From positions 16,368,001 to 16,432,000 of the forward strand of contig JBHGNT010000003.1 of the NCBI GenBank assembly GCA_043228905.1: 64,000 nt of DNA, written 5' to 3'. Each line of letters opens with the position of its first letter. Positions within the stretch are counted from its first letter, which is position 1. This document shows positions 1 to 11,674 of this stretch, one piece after another. The stretch comes from Azolla caroliniana. Taxonomy: Eukaryota; Plantae; Polypodiophyta. The notes under the pieces are model-generated. The model made no database searches and was not told where the DNA came from. It saw only the letters and a program-made list of their open reading frames with translations. The position numbers and the translations under genes are program-made.

Positions 1-3000
1 CTATGGTGCCGCTCTATTTCTCACTCTCACTTTTTTACACACTACTGTTCTATGCTCACTTACGCAATAGAGGCACACACACTACTTTTGCCCTAGGTGT
101 ATTTATATTCATACACAATATGGGCTATTTACAATCATGGCCATTATTGTTATCTAATAATAATAATAGTCTTATTAATCAGTCGACTGTCAACACTTGG
201 CCTGACTAGTCGGCTAATCCCTGTCCTCGACTGTCGTCTCTATTTGGGTAGTGGAATCCTCCCACTGGAGGGAAATATTCCTAACAAATTCCCCCTTCAC
301 TCTTGTGGGAGGGAGTCCGTTAGTCCCGTCCTCTGTTGAAAGGCTCTAAGTCTGTCCATCGGTAGGTTCTTTGTAAGAATGCCGGATCCATTGTTGTCAG
401 TATGGATCTTCACGAGGATAAACTCTCCTTTTTCAACTTTCTCCTGCAACTAGTGATACCTTCTCTATATATGCTTGGTTTGGGAGTGATACACAATGTT
501 CTTGGCTAGGTGTATGGCACTTTGGTTGTCACAATGAAGCAAGAACTCCCTTTGCTTCATCCCCAACTCACTGAGAAAATTTCTCATCCAAATCAGCTCT
601 TTGTCGGCCTCTACCGCTTGCCATGTACTCTGCCTTTGTGGTCGACAAGTCCATCGGTAGGTTCTTTGTAAGCATGTCAGATCCATTGTTGTCAGTATGG
701 TTCTTCACGAGGATAAACTCTCCTTTTTCGACTTTCTCCTGCAACTAGTGATGCCTTCTCTATATATGCTTGGTTTGGGAGTGATACACAATGTTCTTGG
801 CTAGGTGTATGGCACTTTGGTTGTCACAATGAAGCAAGAACTCCCTTTGCTTCATCCCCAACTCACTGAGAAAATTTCTCATCCAAATCAGCTCTTTGTC
901 GGCCTCTACCGCTTGCCATGTACTCTGCCTTTGTGGTCGACAAGTCCATCGGTAGGTTCTTTGTAAGCATGTCAGATCCATTGTTGTCAGTATGGTTCTT
1001 CATGAGGATAAACTCTCCTTTTTCGACTTTCTCCTGCAACTAGTGATGCCTTCTCTATATATGCTTGGTCTGGGAGTGATACGCAATGTTCTTGGCTAGG
1101 TGTATGGCACTTTGGCTATCACAAGGAAGCAAGAAATCCCTTTGCTTCATCCCCAACTCGTTGAGAACATTTCTCATCCAAATCAACTCTTTGCCGGCCT
1201 CTACCGCTTGCCATGTACTCTGCCTTTGTGGTCGACAAGGCCACAGACTTCTGCAGTCGTGACTGCCACGATACTGCTCCCCCTACATAGGTCATCACGT
1301 ACCCTGACATGGATTGGCTTGAGTACAAGGTGAAAGATTCAAACTTCTTGTACCATTGGCGTGGAGCTTGTTTCAGGCCATACAAGCTTTTCTTCAGTTG
1401 ACACACAAGGTTCTCTTTCCCTTTCTCCACAAAGCCTTCGGGCTGCTGCATGTAGATCTCTTCATCCAGCTCCCCGTGCAAGAATGTTGTCTTGACATCC
1501 AACTGTTTGATCTCCAAGTCCATGCTGGCGGCTATGCTCAGAACGTTTGTCATCTTCACGGCTGGTGTGAATATGTCGTCAAAGTTGACACCCGTTTTCT
1601 GTTCGAACCCCTTCACCACTATGCGGGCTTTATAACTAGGTGCGTTGTCGACTTCTCCAGTCTTCACCTTATAGAACCATTTGTTCCTGAGTGCTCTCTT
1701 AGCTTTTGGTAATTCTACTAGGTCATAGGTGTAGTTTTGTGCAAGGAGTCCATCTCATCTTGCATCACGCTCAACCATTTCTCTCTATGCTCGTTGACAA
1801 TGGCTTCATCATAGCACTCTGGTTCACCTTCATCAGTCAAGAAGATGTATTGATTCGGTTGAGCTTGTTCGCTCAACACACGAGCTAAAGTAAAATGTGG
1901 TGGGACGTCGATCTATAGAAATGAAAAACGTTGCATGTGAAAAATAGGACAATAAACTATCAAGCCTCCTTAGATAAGTAACAAGGATCTTAAGGTTCGT
2001 GTTCATATGGGGCAAACATTAATGCATTGTCCATTGAGAATTTAGTATGCTTGCGCTTCAAAACATTCTAAGGCTATATTTTTAAACAGCTCACCAAAAT
2101 CGATGGTGTGATTGTGAATTGTTTGGGATTGTCCAAGTAAACATGCAGAAAAGTTTGACAAACTAGCTCAGTCGGATAGCAACAGAAGATGAAAGGAAAA
2201 CTCAACACACAGAGAGTACGCGTACGCATGAGAGACAGACACAGAGAGAGAGAGAACAGAACATAAACTCAATTCAAAAGAATACTCTCAATTTCTGTGT
2301 ACTAACCATGTGCTTAGAGAGCACTTTTATACACTTTTATACAACCGAACTCCTTCAGATGCTGGTAAGACACGTCTTTACCGGTCCATACTCTCTGTGA
2401 TGTGTCTCTGTCGAAGGGTGCTCAGGGTGATTGATTTATCGTGTAGGTCGCCGTCGTCAACGCCTCAGCCCAAAAAATCTTGGACAACTTAGCATGTGCC
2501 AGGATGATCCGGACTCTCTCCATTTTAAAAGTCCAATTCACCGTTTTAGCCGACCCGTTCAACTCCGGTGTCTTCGGCATGGTATATTCGAGTTGTATTC
2601 CCTTCGACCGGTAGTACTCCTCGAATTGCCCTCGGTATTCGTGTCCATTGTCCACTCGAACCGCCTTTAGCTTCTGGTTGGTTTCCCTTTCCACTCTTGC
2701 GTGGAATTTCTTGAAGACGGATAATACCTAGTCCTTCGTCTTCAGCGGTGAGACCCATAGTTTCCGGCTGTGGTCATCTATGAATGTCACGAAGTATTGT
2801 GATCTGGCATGTGACTTCGTGTCCACTTGGCATACATCGGTATGCACAAGCTCTAGTGGTTCTCTCCGTCTTGTTGGTGGTCTCGACCGGAAAGAGGTTT
2901 CGTTCTGCTTTCCGACCAAACTGTCGGTGCACCTCTCAAGCTGCACGTCTTTCACCTCTGGTATGAGGTTATCTTCGGCAAGTCGATGCATCCTTTTCTG

Positions 3001-3296
3001 CCTCATGTGACCCAACATCTTGTGCCACAACACACCGGCAATGTTGGATACCACGTTCAATTCTTCCCGGTATATCGGGGCATGCATCAGGTACAAGGTG
3101 TTGATATTTCGGGCTCGAGCCACAATCAGCCTCCCTTTGCTGAACTTCATGACTCTGTTCCGGATGCTACCCGTGTAGCCTTCATCATCTAACCGACCGG
3201 CTGATATTAGGTTCAACCGAACCTTCGGAACGTGTCAGACATCTTCCAGCAGCAAGTTGCACTCAGTTGACGTCGTCAACCACAAGTCTCCTATGT
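1..3296 (-). mobile_element. Decayed Ty1/copia 3' half: end of protease, GAG-pre-integrase, integrase, internally deleted RT, triplicated RNase H, PPT, partial 3' LTR
   Basis: Minus-strand motifs LELVHTDVC..FIDDHSRKLWV, YKARIVVKGF..QLDVKTTFLHGEL..LKKSLYGLKQAPRQWY, HCDNQSAIHLAKN..TKHI. Purine tract at ~290-301, then LTR start TGTTAGG at 286. The RT jumps from KKFESF to SGYVMTY, so the YVDD region is missing. Confidence 0.93.
354..1237 (-). repeat. 295-bp tandem repeat x3 of copia RNase H segment
   Basis: ORFs 465..686 and 760..981 are identical at offset 295. The unit recurs at 23093-23976; the inverted arm (~50390-50980) has only two units. Confidence 0.92.
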
Positions 3297-4005
3297 CCAT
3301 GCATGGAGAGCGTTGACTCGTTTATCAATTTTCAAAAACGCAAAGGTTGAAAACAATGCAATTGTCTTAATGCAATCTTTAAAAAATCTAGAAGAATGGG
3401 TCAAGACTAGATAGTCAGCATGCTCTAATGCTTAGAACAACACATCACACTCCATAGTTTGGCCCAATAGAAAGGACATTTAATGGAATAGGTAAGCTCA
3501 TTGCACACATAGATCTTCAAGTTTTTTTCTGTAATCATAATTAGCCAAATGGTGTCATTATAGTACAAATAAATGAGACTATACCATAGCAAAATCTTGT
3601 GACAAGGCTATGATATAGACTTGAGGTGATCAAACAATCGAATGTTCGATAGATAAGGGGAGAAAAAGGTACCACGATTCTATTAGGGAGGGGTGTGTGC
3701 ATGTTTGAGCACTCACGGTGGGCATGGCAAACATAAATACATGACCAGAATGTGTAGTAGGTGACAAAGGTTCACCGACCATAGGAACACGAGATGGGAG
3801 TCTATTGTTGTGGTGTTTGCGTATATGGGGTTCATAAGAAAACTCTTTCTGAAATTTTCACGAGGAAGAGGAGGTGAGAATGTTTCCTTACCATGCAAAA
3901 TATGTCACATGTGGAGACCTACCTTTCGAAAGTTGAGATCCTAAATGGTTGACAATTGGAAACATACATTTTAACGTTGACCTTTGAAAGGCATGACAAA
4001 TCGTT

Positions 4006-4207
4006 TGGTTGGGCCAAGTTGAGCCTCACTTTAATGCTAGTTTGACATGGTCATACAATGACTTTACTTTGCTGGACTAGACTTCACGAACTGCTACTTG
4101 GGTCAACTTGAACTAATCAGTTGGGCCAAGTTGAGTCGCCACTTGAATGCCCCTTTGACATAGTCATACAATATTCAATGGCATTACTTCTGCTATCTGT
4201 CTATAAA
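4006..4207 (+). promoter_or_regulatory. Promoter of lipase A1: two ~55-bp modules (GGGCCA..TTGAG..AATGC..TGACnnnGTCA) plus TATA box
   Basis: Modules at ~4011-4058 and ~4123-4172; CTATAAA at 4201. The same two modules and TATA occur upstream of paralog B (52645-52868). Function is inferred. Confidence 0.55.
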
Positions 4208-4372
4208 GGCTTGGACTTCGTAGCCATAGAGTGATTAAGGATATGCAATCTAATTAGCAGTCTTATTTGTGAATGCTGACAAGGTCCTCAGTGATTACTG
4301 AGGGGTCAAAGGATTACTATACCTGCAATTTTAACCATCCAATTTGTGTTTCCGCACCTAAAAACTTCGGTC

Positions 4373-5579
4373 ATGGGAAAGGGTAGGAAAGGCTTTGAGA
4401 AGCTGAAGGACATCAACACCACTGATTATAAAAACCCTCAGATTTGGTCCGTTGGTGATTAATACATTATTAGCTCATAATTAATCAAATGATTGTGATT
4501 GTATTGTTAATATTCACTAGCTTCACACATGTTTACTGATGTTTCATTCCGTTTTCATAATTAGGGATAAGAAAAATCCTCACCGACATGCGGCGATGGC
4601 GTGCTTGGTCACAGGCGTCTACAGGCTCGAAGAAGACCGAAAGCACAGAGGTCGACTGTTATTTCCATCTAAGGTGCACGCTGATACTGCCATATGGTGG
4701 ACACATTTCCAATACGATCTCGTGGAGATTCTTGACCATCAGTCCAAAACCGGTAGTCTGACTATCTTTGGGGCGGTTTACCGTAGCAAGCTCGGCCAGG
4801 CTCCCACCGGCCCGGCGACTATCGTGATTGCATTCCGTGGCACAATGATGCGAAAGGCAGATTGGGAGGCGAATCTTATGATATATTTGGGACGGCTAGA
4901 ATCTGACCCGCGGTTCATGAAGGGGCTTAATGCGGTGAAAAGAGCGGTGAAAGAGGTGGGATGGGAGAGAGTGTGTGTGACGGGTCACTCGAAAGGGGCG
5001 GCCATAGGATTGCTGGTAGGGCGTGCCATGGCAGAGAAGGGAAAGCTAATAGAAGCGCATCTCTTCAATCCACCACACCCGACCCTACGAAACGAGAGGC
5101 CATTAGGATCGATATCGATGCTGAAGCCTCCGACATGGGTTGTTGGTACAGTGGAGTTCTTACACGAGCTCGCCGCTCGGACATTGAGCTCCATGACGCA
5201 AGAGGCAGAGGTAGTGGAAGAAGAGAGGAAACGGTTTGAGTCGCTGAGCCCGTGGCGGCCCAGCCTGTACGTGAACACGCACGATCCCATTTGCTCTGCG
5301 TACATCACATTCTTCCGAGCTGCGCAGTATGTGCCGCCCCAACTCCGTCGGCTCCACAGCATGCCATATTCCATACGCCAGAGCCTTCTGTCTATACTTG
5401 GTGTGGATTCAAGGCCACATCACCTCATCCCCCGTGCGAAGCTCGTGATACGCAGGCACCACCACGAGTGCTCCTCCTCTTCCTCCCAGCAGGAACTCCG
5501 AGAGCCTCACAGATTGCTGCAGTGGTGTAACATCCAGCCTTCCAATGTGGAGGAGGTTGAAGCCCATCGGGGCGACTGA
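4373..5579 (+). CDS. Class-3 lipase / alpha-beta hydrolase, At4g10955/PRLIP-like, type A copy 1; join(4373..4446,4565..5579), 362 aa
   Basis: Family motifs ACLVTGVYRLEEDR, WWTHF, IFGAVY, VIAFRGT, GHSKG nucleophile elbow, LFNPP, HDPICSAYI, HLIP, PHRLLQW. Exon 1 MGKGRKG..NPQI with a TG|GTCCGT donor and TTAG acceptor gives an in-frame Trp; paralog B has the same intron position. Confidence 0.9.
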
Positions 5580-5947
5580 GCGGATGCCGTTGAGCATTAT
5601 TAGTAGTAGGTGGTCTACATTCACGGACAGCTTACTTGCTATGCTTCTGCTAATTGTTGCATTAGGAGGGGGTTTCCACAAAACTTCCCTCAATTATAGT
5701 ACACGGTTGTCTTTTGGTTGTATTAGAAGGGTAATTGTATTTGGAATTGTGTGTGTATGGCTTGTATTAGAAGGGATCTTGACCGAATATAGTCACTCTT
5801 TTTGTTTCCACAAAACTTCCATCAATTATAGTATATGGTGTCAAAATTATGTACATGCTCATCAGAAGAGTAAGTAGGGCCTTTCAAATTCACCATGCCA
5901 TATCGTTGCGCCCTAATGGCCATGAAGGCATGTCCGATCATACATAT

Positions 5948-6188
5948 TGTTGATCATTAATGGATCCGGAGAAGCCGGAGAAGAACGAGCCGGATTGGAG
6001 TGGTCTAGAAGTGGTTTGGGTGGGTCCGGTATGAATCCAAAGAGAGACAGATTTATGAATATGTTTCTTATGGGTTGTTGAGGCCACATTTGTAAATAGC
6101 CTGTAAGTTATGAGTATAAATATAATTAGGGCAAATGGGTAGTGTGTCCTGGTGTTGCTATTATCATTCTTGTTGTAGAGAAAGAGAC

Positions 6189-6223
<35 letters not shown>

Positions 6224-7506
6224 AAGCTTTTCTGTTGTAACCGTCGGTTGGCAGAAGGTAGAGTTCGCGGTCGTTGCCTTTGAGATTCACATTATTGTAC
6301 CTCTCCTCTACAGTGAATTTGTTCGGAGGTTTGAGAGCTCCTGCGATTTTTCCCGGTTAAGGTTTCCACGTTAACATTCTGTGTCATCTTATTTATGGTT
6401 TTTGTTTCTTCCCCTATGTGATTGGGACTCGGTTGTAGCCGAGCACTCCTCTATTTTTTATCAAATTGGTATCAGAGCATGGAAGATCCATTCGGCGGGA
6501 TGTTCAAGCTCACCAGCTTAGTGTGCAAGTCGAAGATGCGGGACATGTTGGTGGTCAAAGATCTCTAGTTGTCAATATAGTTTGGAGATAAAAGACCAGA
6601 TAAAATAGATGTTGCGAACTAGGAGGTGATGCATATGAAGACGATGGGATACATTCGATGCTTCATCGACATGAGCGTGTACAACAACTTTAATGAAGAG
6701 AGTAAGACTCATGTGCTCTAGGAAAAAAACTGTACCATGCTGGAGAGCAAAAATGTTGTGAATCGGGTCTCAGTATTTCGGAAATTAGTGAGACTCCGAT
6801 AACAAGACGGCTCCAGTATGGCGGAGCACATGAATGCCTTCCCGAGGCTAATAAATCAAACAATCTCATTGGAAATACTGATAGCCAACGACGTACTCGC
6901 GTTGCTACTGCTCGGTTCCCTCCTGAATAGTTGGGAGATGCTAGTTGTCACTTTGGGCAACGTTGGGCCAGAAGGAAAACATCTATCCCTAGCAAGGGCA
7001 AAATCAAGCTTGCCGGATGAAGACGCTCACCAGAAGGACCAGGAGTCTAGAACCGATCCGAAGGCCTTGGTCACGGAAGACGATCATAACCGGGGAAGAG
7101 GCCGGAATCGGCATCCCCAGAACCAGGACAAATTAGGGACGCGGTCGAAGTCAAGGGGAAGGCCCACTTGCTTTTATTGCGGAAAGTCGGGGCACTTCCA
7201 GAAGAATTGCCATACACTCGCGTAAGGAGAAAGGAACTGACAATGCCGACTCAAAGAAGGGCCCGGACCGGAGAAGTTCGGATCGGAAAGGAATGTCGGC
7301 AATCGCAACGAGCGAGGAAGAACTACTGCTCATCATCGAGGAGAGCGAGCTACATCGTGTTAGCGACGAGACGACATGGGTGGTTGACTCCCGGAGCATC
7401 GTTCCATCTGACCCTCGACCGGAAGTGCTTAGCATCCTACAGAGCCGAAGATCACGAGGATGTTTTGGATGGGGAATGAAGGTGCATGCCGGATTGTCGG
7501 CAACAT
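5948..7506 (+). mobile_element. Ty1/copia 5' half: LTR (5948-6463), tRNA-iMet PBS (6467-6478), decayed gag and start of protease
   Basis: TGTTGA...TATCA LTR with TATA. TGGTATCAGAGC is followed directly by ATG. Zinc knuckle CFYCGKSGHFQKNC; protease WVVDS; many stops. Confidence 0.92.
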
Positions 7507-7935
7507 GAACTCATATTAGAAACATGTCATGAATATAAATCATTACTCAGTATTTGGATTTCCATGATTACAAAGCTTATGACCACACCATTATAGTATC
7601 ATAACAAGATAGAGTCACGGATCTTGAATTTAATTGAGTACTTGGCAATAGTTGGCAAGAATGCTTAAAATCTCTCTTATATAACATTTTGCATAGCTTT
7701 CACATTATGGTTTACCATGTAATGTATTATTTGGTTACTATACTTGTTTATAATGGTACAATTTTCATATTTACACTTGCCCTTCTGAAGAAAGGTTCCT
7801 CATTTAAAGCTATAATTATTGGCTCCAGAGAATAATTAAAGTAGAAAGTGTAGGAAAAGGCTAACCTACGCCTATTCTTCAACTTGATTTAGTAACCCTA
7901 TCAAAGCAACTCAAGAAAAGATATTTTAGCAGCAA

Positions 7936-8420
7936 TGTTATTGATCTGCCGATAGTTGAATACTATAACCGACAGACACAATATGTCGAACGTTGGACTC
8001 TTAATGTTCTATCAAGATGATTGTGGTGAGAAATGAATAGAACTACTAGTCGGTAATCGGAACTGCTTACTAAGTAACCATGATCAACTACTTGCCTTAA
8101 TATAATTATTTAGTAGACACATAATTAGAGTTCGACACAGATAACAATACAGAATAGTAAGAACACAGTCGATTGAGATATACTCTAACTACTAACTTAT
8201 ATTATTTCAAAATAGAACGAGAGGATTAAAATGCTCTCAGTCCCTTTTTATAGGTGATCCGAGAGTCTCTATTCAAGATTTATGTTTGCCATGTTTGACA
8301 AGGACTGCGACAAAATTGTCGTAACTAACTACACTATTTTCTTACTTGGCAAAAATATATTATTTAATTTCTGACTCATCGATCCACGTCCTTGGTCCGA
8401 CCGTGACACTTGCTTGATCC
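7936..8420 (-). mobile_element. Truncated LTR (complete version at 43051-43615; duplicate at 30675-31159)
   Basis: Reverse complement of 43128-43615. Contains TATAAAAAGGG on the minus strand and ends in ..AATAACA. Confidence 0.6.
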
Positions 8421-8597
8421 GTACTCCTGAGAACACTATAAAAGGAGGCACAAGGCATTATTTCGAACCAAATCGGTTCAAGGCCAGTCTTAAGCCTCCT
8501 AGCTACTATTGTATATTCTCTTAACATAATATATATCTTTTGTTATCATGGTTCTCTCTCTCTCTCTCTCTCTCTCTTTTATTTATTTATCATAATT

Positions 8598-8789
8598 AGC
8601 TTACCCTAGTGGTAAGTTCTTAACACTAGAAGCACTACGTCTTGGGTTCGAAACCCAATTCTTTTCACTTCTCTCTATTATATACTTCATATATATCTCT
8701 TAATTCACTAGATGCCACTGTGGAATGTAGGGGTTGAACCCATGACGACCTGGTCTCCATTGGGCAACCTTACAAACTCCGCTACATCC
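8598..8789. other. Two convergent tRNA-like (SINE head-like) segments; duplicate at 31337-31528
   Basis: Plus strand: TAGTGGTAAG (A-box-like) and GGTTCGAAACC (B-box). Minus strand: TAGCGGAGTTTG..GGGTTCAACCC. No clean cloverleaf. Confidence 0.4.
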
Positions 8790-8879
8790 ATCTGGGCACA
8801 TTCTCTCTCTCTCTCTCTATTCCCTTCTCTCGAGAGTTCTACACCTCTCTTAGTACTAGTCCTCATCTTTTAGTACTAA

Positions 8880-11270
8880 CTCCTTCTCTGTGTCAGTATT
8901 GTTCCTGGTAGTACTTCTCTGTCTTAGTACTGCTCCTGGCACCTAGTTGACATCCAACCTCCGACCGGATGAATCCATGTATCTTCTGACCGATCTGTGT
9001 CGGTTTCTTGGAGGATGTTATCTTCTTCTCCGATTCCTAGTCGACGATGGTCTTGTCTTCCACGAAGACTAGGTCTCTGCTCTGGATCACTTTCTTCTCG
9101 GCAAGGTTCCACAATCGGTAGCCAAACTCATCAACATCGTATCCAAGGAATATGCATGGCCGAGATTTTGGATCTAATTTCTACCCATTTTTCCTTTGCG
9201 ATATGCACATATACGAGACATCCGAACACCTTCATATGCCGGTAAGAAACGTCTTTGCCAATCCATACTCTCTGTGGTATCTCTCTCCAAGGGTGTTGAG
9301 GGTGATCTGTTTATCATGTACATCATTGTCATCAACGCCTTAGCCCATAACGTCTTGGACAACCTGGAATATGCAAGCATACTCTAGACTCTCTCTATTA
9401 TGGTCTGGTTCATTCTCTCGACGAGACCGTTTAGCTCTCACGTCTTTGGCACGGTGAATTCAAAACAGAATCCTTTCGACCACCGGTAATCCTCAAACTA
9501 TCCTCGGTATTCGCCACCGTTGTCTGCTCAAACTACCTTCAACTTCCTGATAGTCTCTCTTTCAACTCTAGCATGGAACTTGTTGAAGATGGGCATTACC
9601 TGGTCGTTCGTCTTCAACGTGGAGACCCACAACTTCCGATTTTGGTCATCTATGAACATCAGGACGTATTGCGATCTGGCATGTGACTTCGTGTCCACTT
9701 GGCATACATCGGTATGCACGAGCTCCAACGGTGCATTCCGTCTCATGGGCGGTCTCTACCTAAAGGAGGTTTTGTTTTGCTTGCCGGTGAAGTAATCAGT
9801 GCACATCTCAAGTTGCATGGTCTTTACCTTCGGAATGAAATTATCTTTGGCAAGTCTCCACATCCTCTTTGGACTCATGTGATACAACCTCTTGTGCCAC
9901 AACTTACCGGTAGTGTCAACTGCCAAATTTACCTCCTCTTGGCATATTCGAGCATGCATTAGCTATAGTGTGTTGATGTTTTGGGATCGGGCCATGATCA
10001 TGCTTCCCTTGTAGAATTTCATGGTGTTCTTCCAGATACTACCCGTGTAGCCTTCATCGTCTAGCCGACCGGCTGACATCAAACTCAATCTAAATTCTGG
10101 TACGTGGTGCATTTCTCTCAGTAGCAATTTGCACCCGGTTGACGCTGTCAAACACACGTCTTTGATGCCGATGATTGAACATGGTCCATCATTCCTCATC
10201 TTCACGAAACCATGGTCTCCAGCTTTGTACGATGAGAAGCACTTCCGGTTGGGAGTTAGATGATACGACGTTCCGAAGTCGACCACCCATGTTGATTCAT
10301 CGTTGACAAGGTGCAACTCACTCTGCTCGGTGATTATCACCAATTCCTCTTCACTTGTCATGATTGCCAATGTTCCTTTCCTCTCCGAAATCATTTTTGG
10401 TTTAGAACCGTCGTCTCCCCCTTTGTCATTCCGGAAGTGTCAGCAATTCTTTTGGAAATGCCCCGCTTTCCCACAATAGAAACAAGTGGCACCCCACCTC
10501 CCCCTTGATTTTGACATTGTCCCTGACTTGTCCCTGTTTTGGGGACTTTGGTTACGGCCTCTTCCCCAGTTTGTGTCACCTTCCGTGACCAAGGCCTTCT
10601 GATCGGTTCCCAACTCCTAGTCCTTCTGGAGAGTTTCTTCATTTAGCAGGCTCGAGTTTACTCTCGCTAGGGATAAGTGTTTTCCTTCCGGTCTGACGTT
10701 GCCCAACATAACAACTAGCATCTCCCCGTTGTTCGAAAGGGATATGAGCAACAACAATGCCAGTACCTCGTCAACTAGAGGTACTTCTAGAGAGGTGGTC
10801 TAATTTATCAAACCTTGGAAGGCATTCATATGCTCTGCCATCAGGAGGCATCTTGATATCAGATATGAGCAACAACAATGCCAGTACCTCGTCAACTAGA
10901 GGTACTTCTAGAGAGGTGGTCTAATTTATCAAACCTTGGAAGGCATTCATATGCTCTGCCATCAGGAGGCATCTTGATATCAGAGTCTTACTACTTTTCA
11001 AAATACTAAGACTCGATTCACGGCATTCTTGTTCTCCAACATGATGCCAATCTTCTCCCAAAGTTCGTGAGCCTTTTTTTCCTCATTGAAGTTGTTGTAC
11101 AGGCTCATGTCGATGAAGCATCAAATGTAAGTCGTCATCTTCATATGCATCCCTTCCCAGGTCAGTGCATCTATCTTATCTGGTTTTTCATCTTCGAACT
11201 GCACTGGCAACCAGAGATCCTTGGCCACCAGCATGTCCCTCATCTTTGACTTCCCTATTGGCCAGTCAGA
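8880..11270 (-). mobile_element. Decayed Ty1/copia internal region (gag, protease, GAG-pre-integrase, integrase), cut at the gag N-terminus by the gypsy element
   Basis: KSKMRDMLV, WVVDFGTSYHLT, LWHKRLYHMS, LELVHTDVC, LWAKALMT; multiple stops and frameshifts. Confidence 0.92.
10741..10982. repeat. Perfect 121-bp tandem duplication in copia gag (also 33480-33721)
   Basis: GATATGAGCAAC...TCTTGATATCA at 10741-10861 and 10862-10982. Confidence 0.92.
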
Positions 11271-11674
11271 AGTGGAAGGACAAGTGGGAAGGCGGAATCG
11301 GATATAGTAATATAAAGAAAATATTAGTAGGACTATTATTCGGAGGGACGGATCCGGTACAGGAAGGGATTGGATGTTAGAATACACGCGTAAGATAATT
11401 ACAATTAGCACAGACGGTAAGACAATACAGACACTAAGATAATTACGCAATGGTTAAACTTGTATTACTTCCGTAAACATCATTACAACTCATCGGATCC
11501 TTTTATAGGCATCCGGCAAGGTTACAAAACGGTGCGCTTAGGCAACCGGCATCCGAATCGGTTCGGATCCGGATCGGTACAACTGTACCGGATCCGTCCC
11601 TCCGAATAATAGTCCTACTAATATTTTCTTTATATTACTATATCCGATTCCGCCTTCCCACTTGTCCTTCCACT
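11271..11674. repeat. 92-bp perfect inverted repeat with 220-bp spacer at the 5' end of the gypsy element (also 34010-34413, one mismatch)
   Basis: 11271-11362 is the exact reverse complement of 11583-11674. Confidence 0.95.

Noticed and set aside
4539-4564. ORF-track starts for the lipases (MFHSVF.. / MDSDYY..)
   Set aside because: These run through AT-rich intron sequence; a conserved 74-nt upstream exon splices in frame in both paralogs.
4373-5579. GDSL/SGNH lipase label
   Set aside because: No GDS(L) block; the GxSxG motif indicates an alpha/beta-hydrolase, although the family name often includes GDSL.
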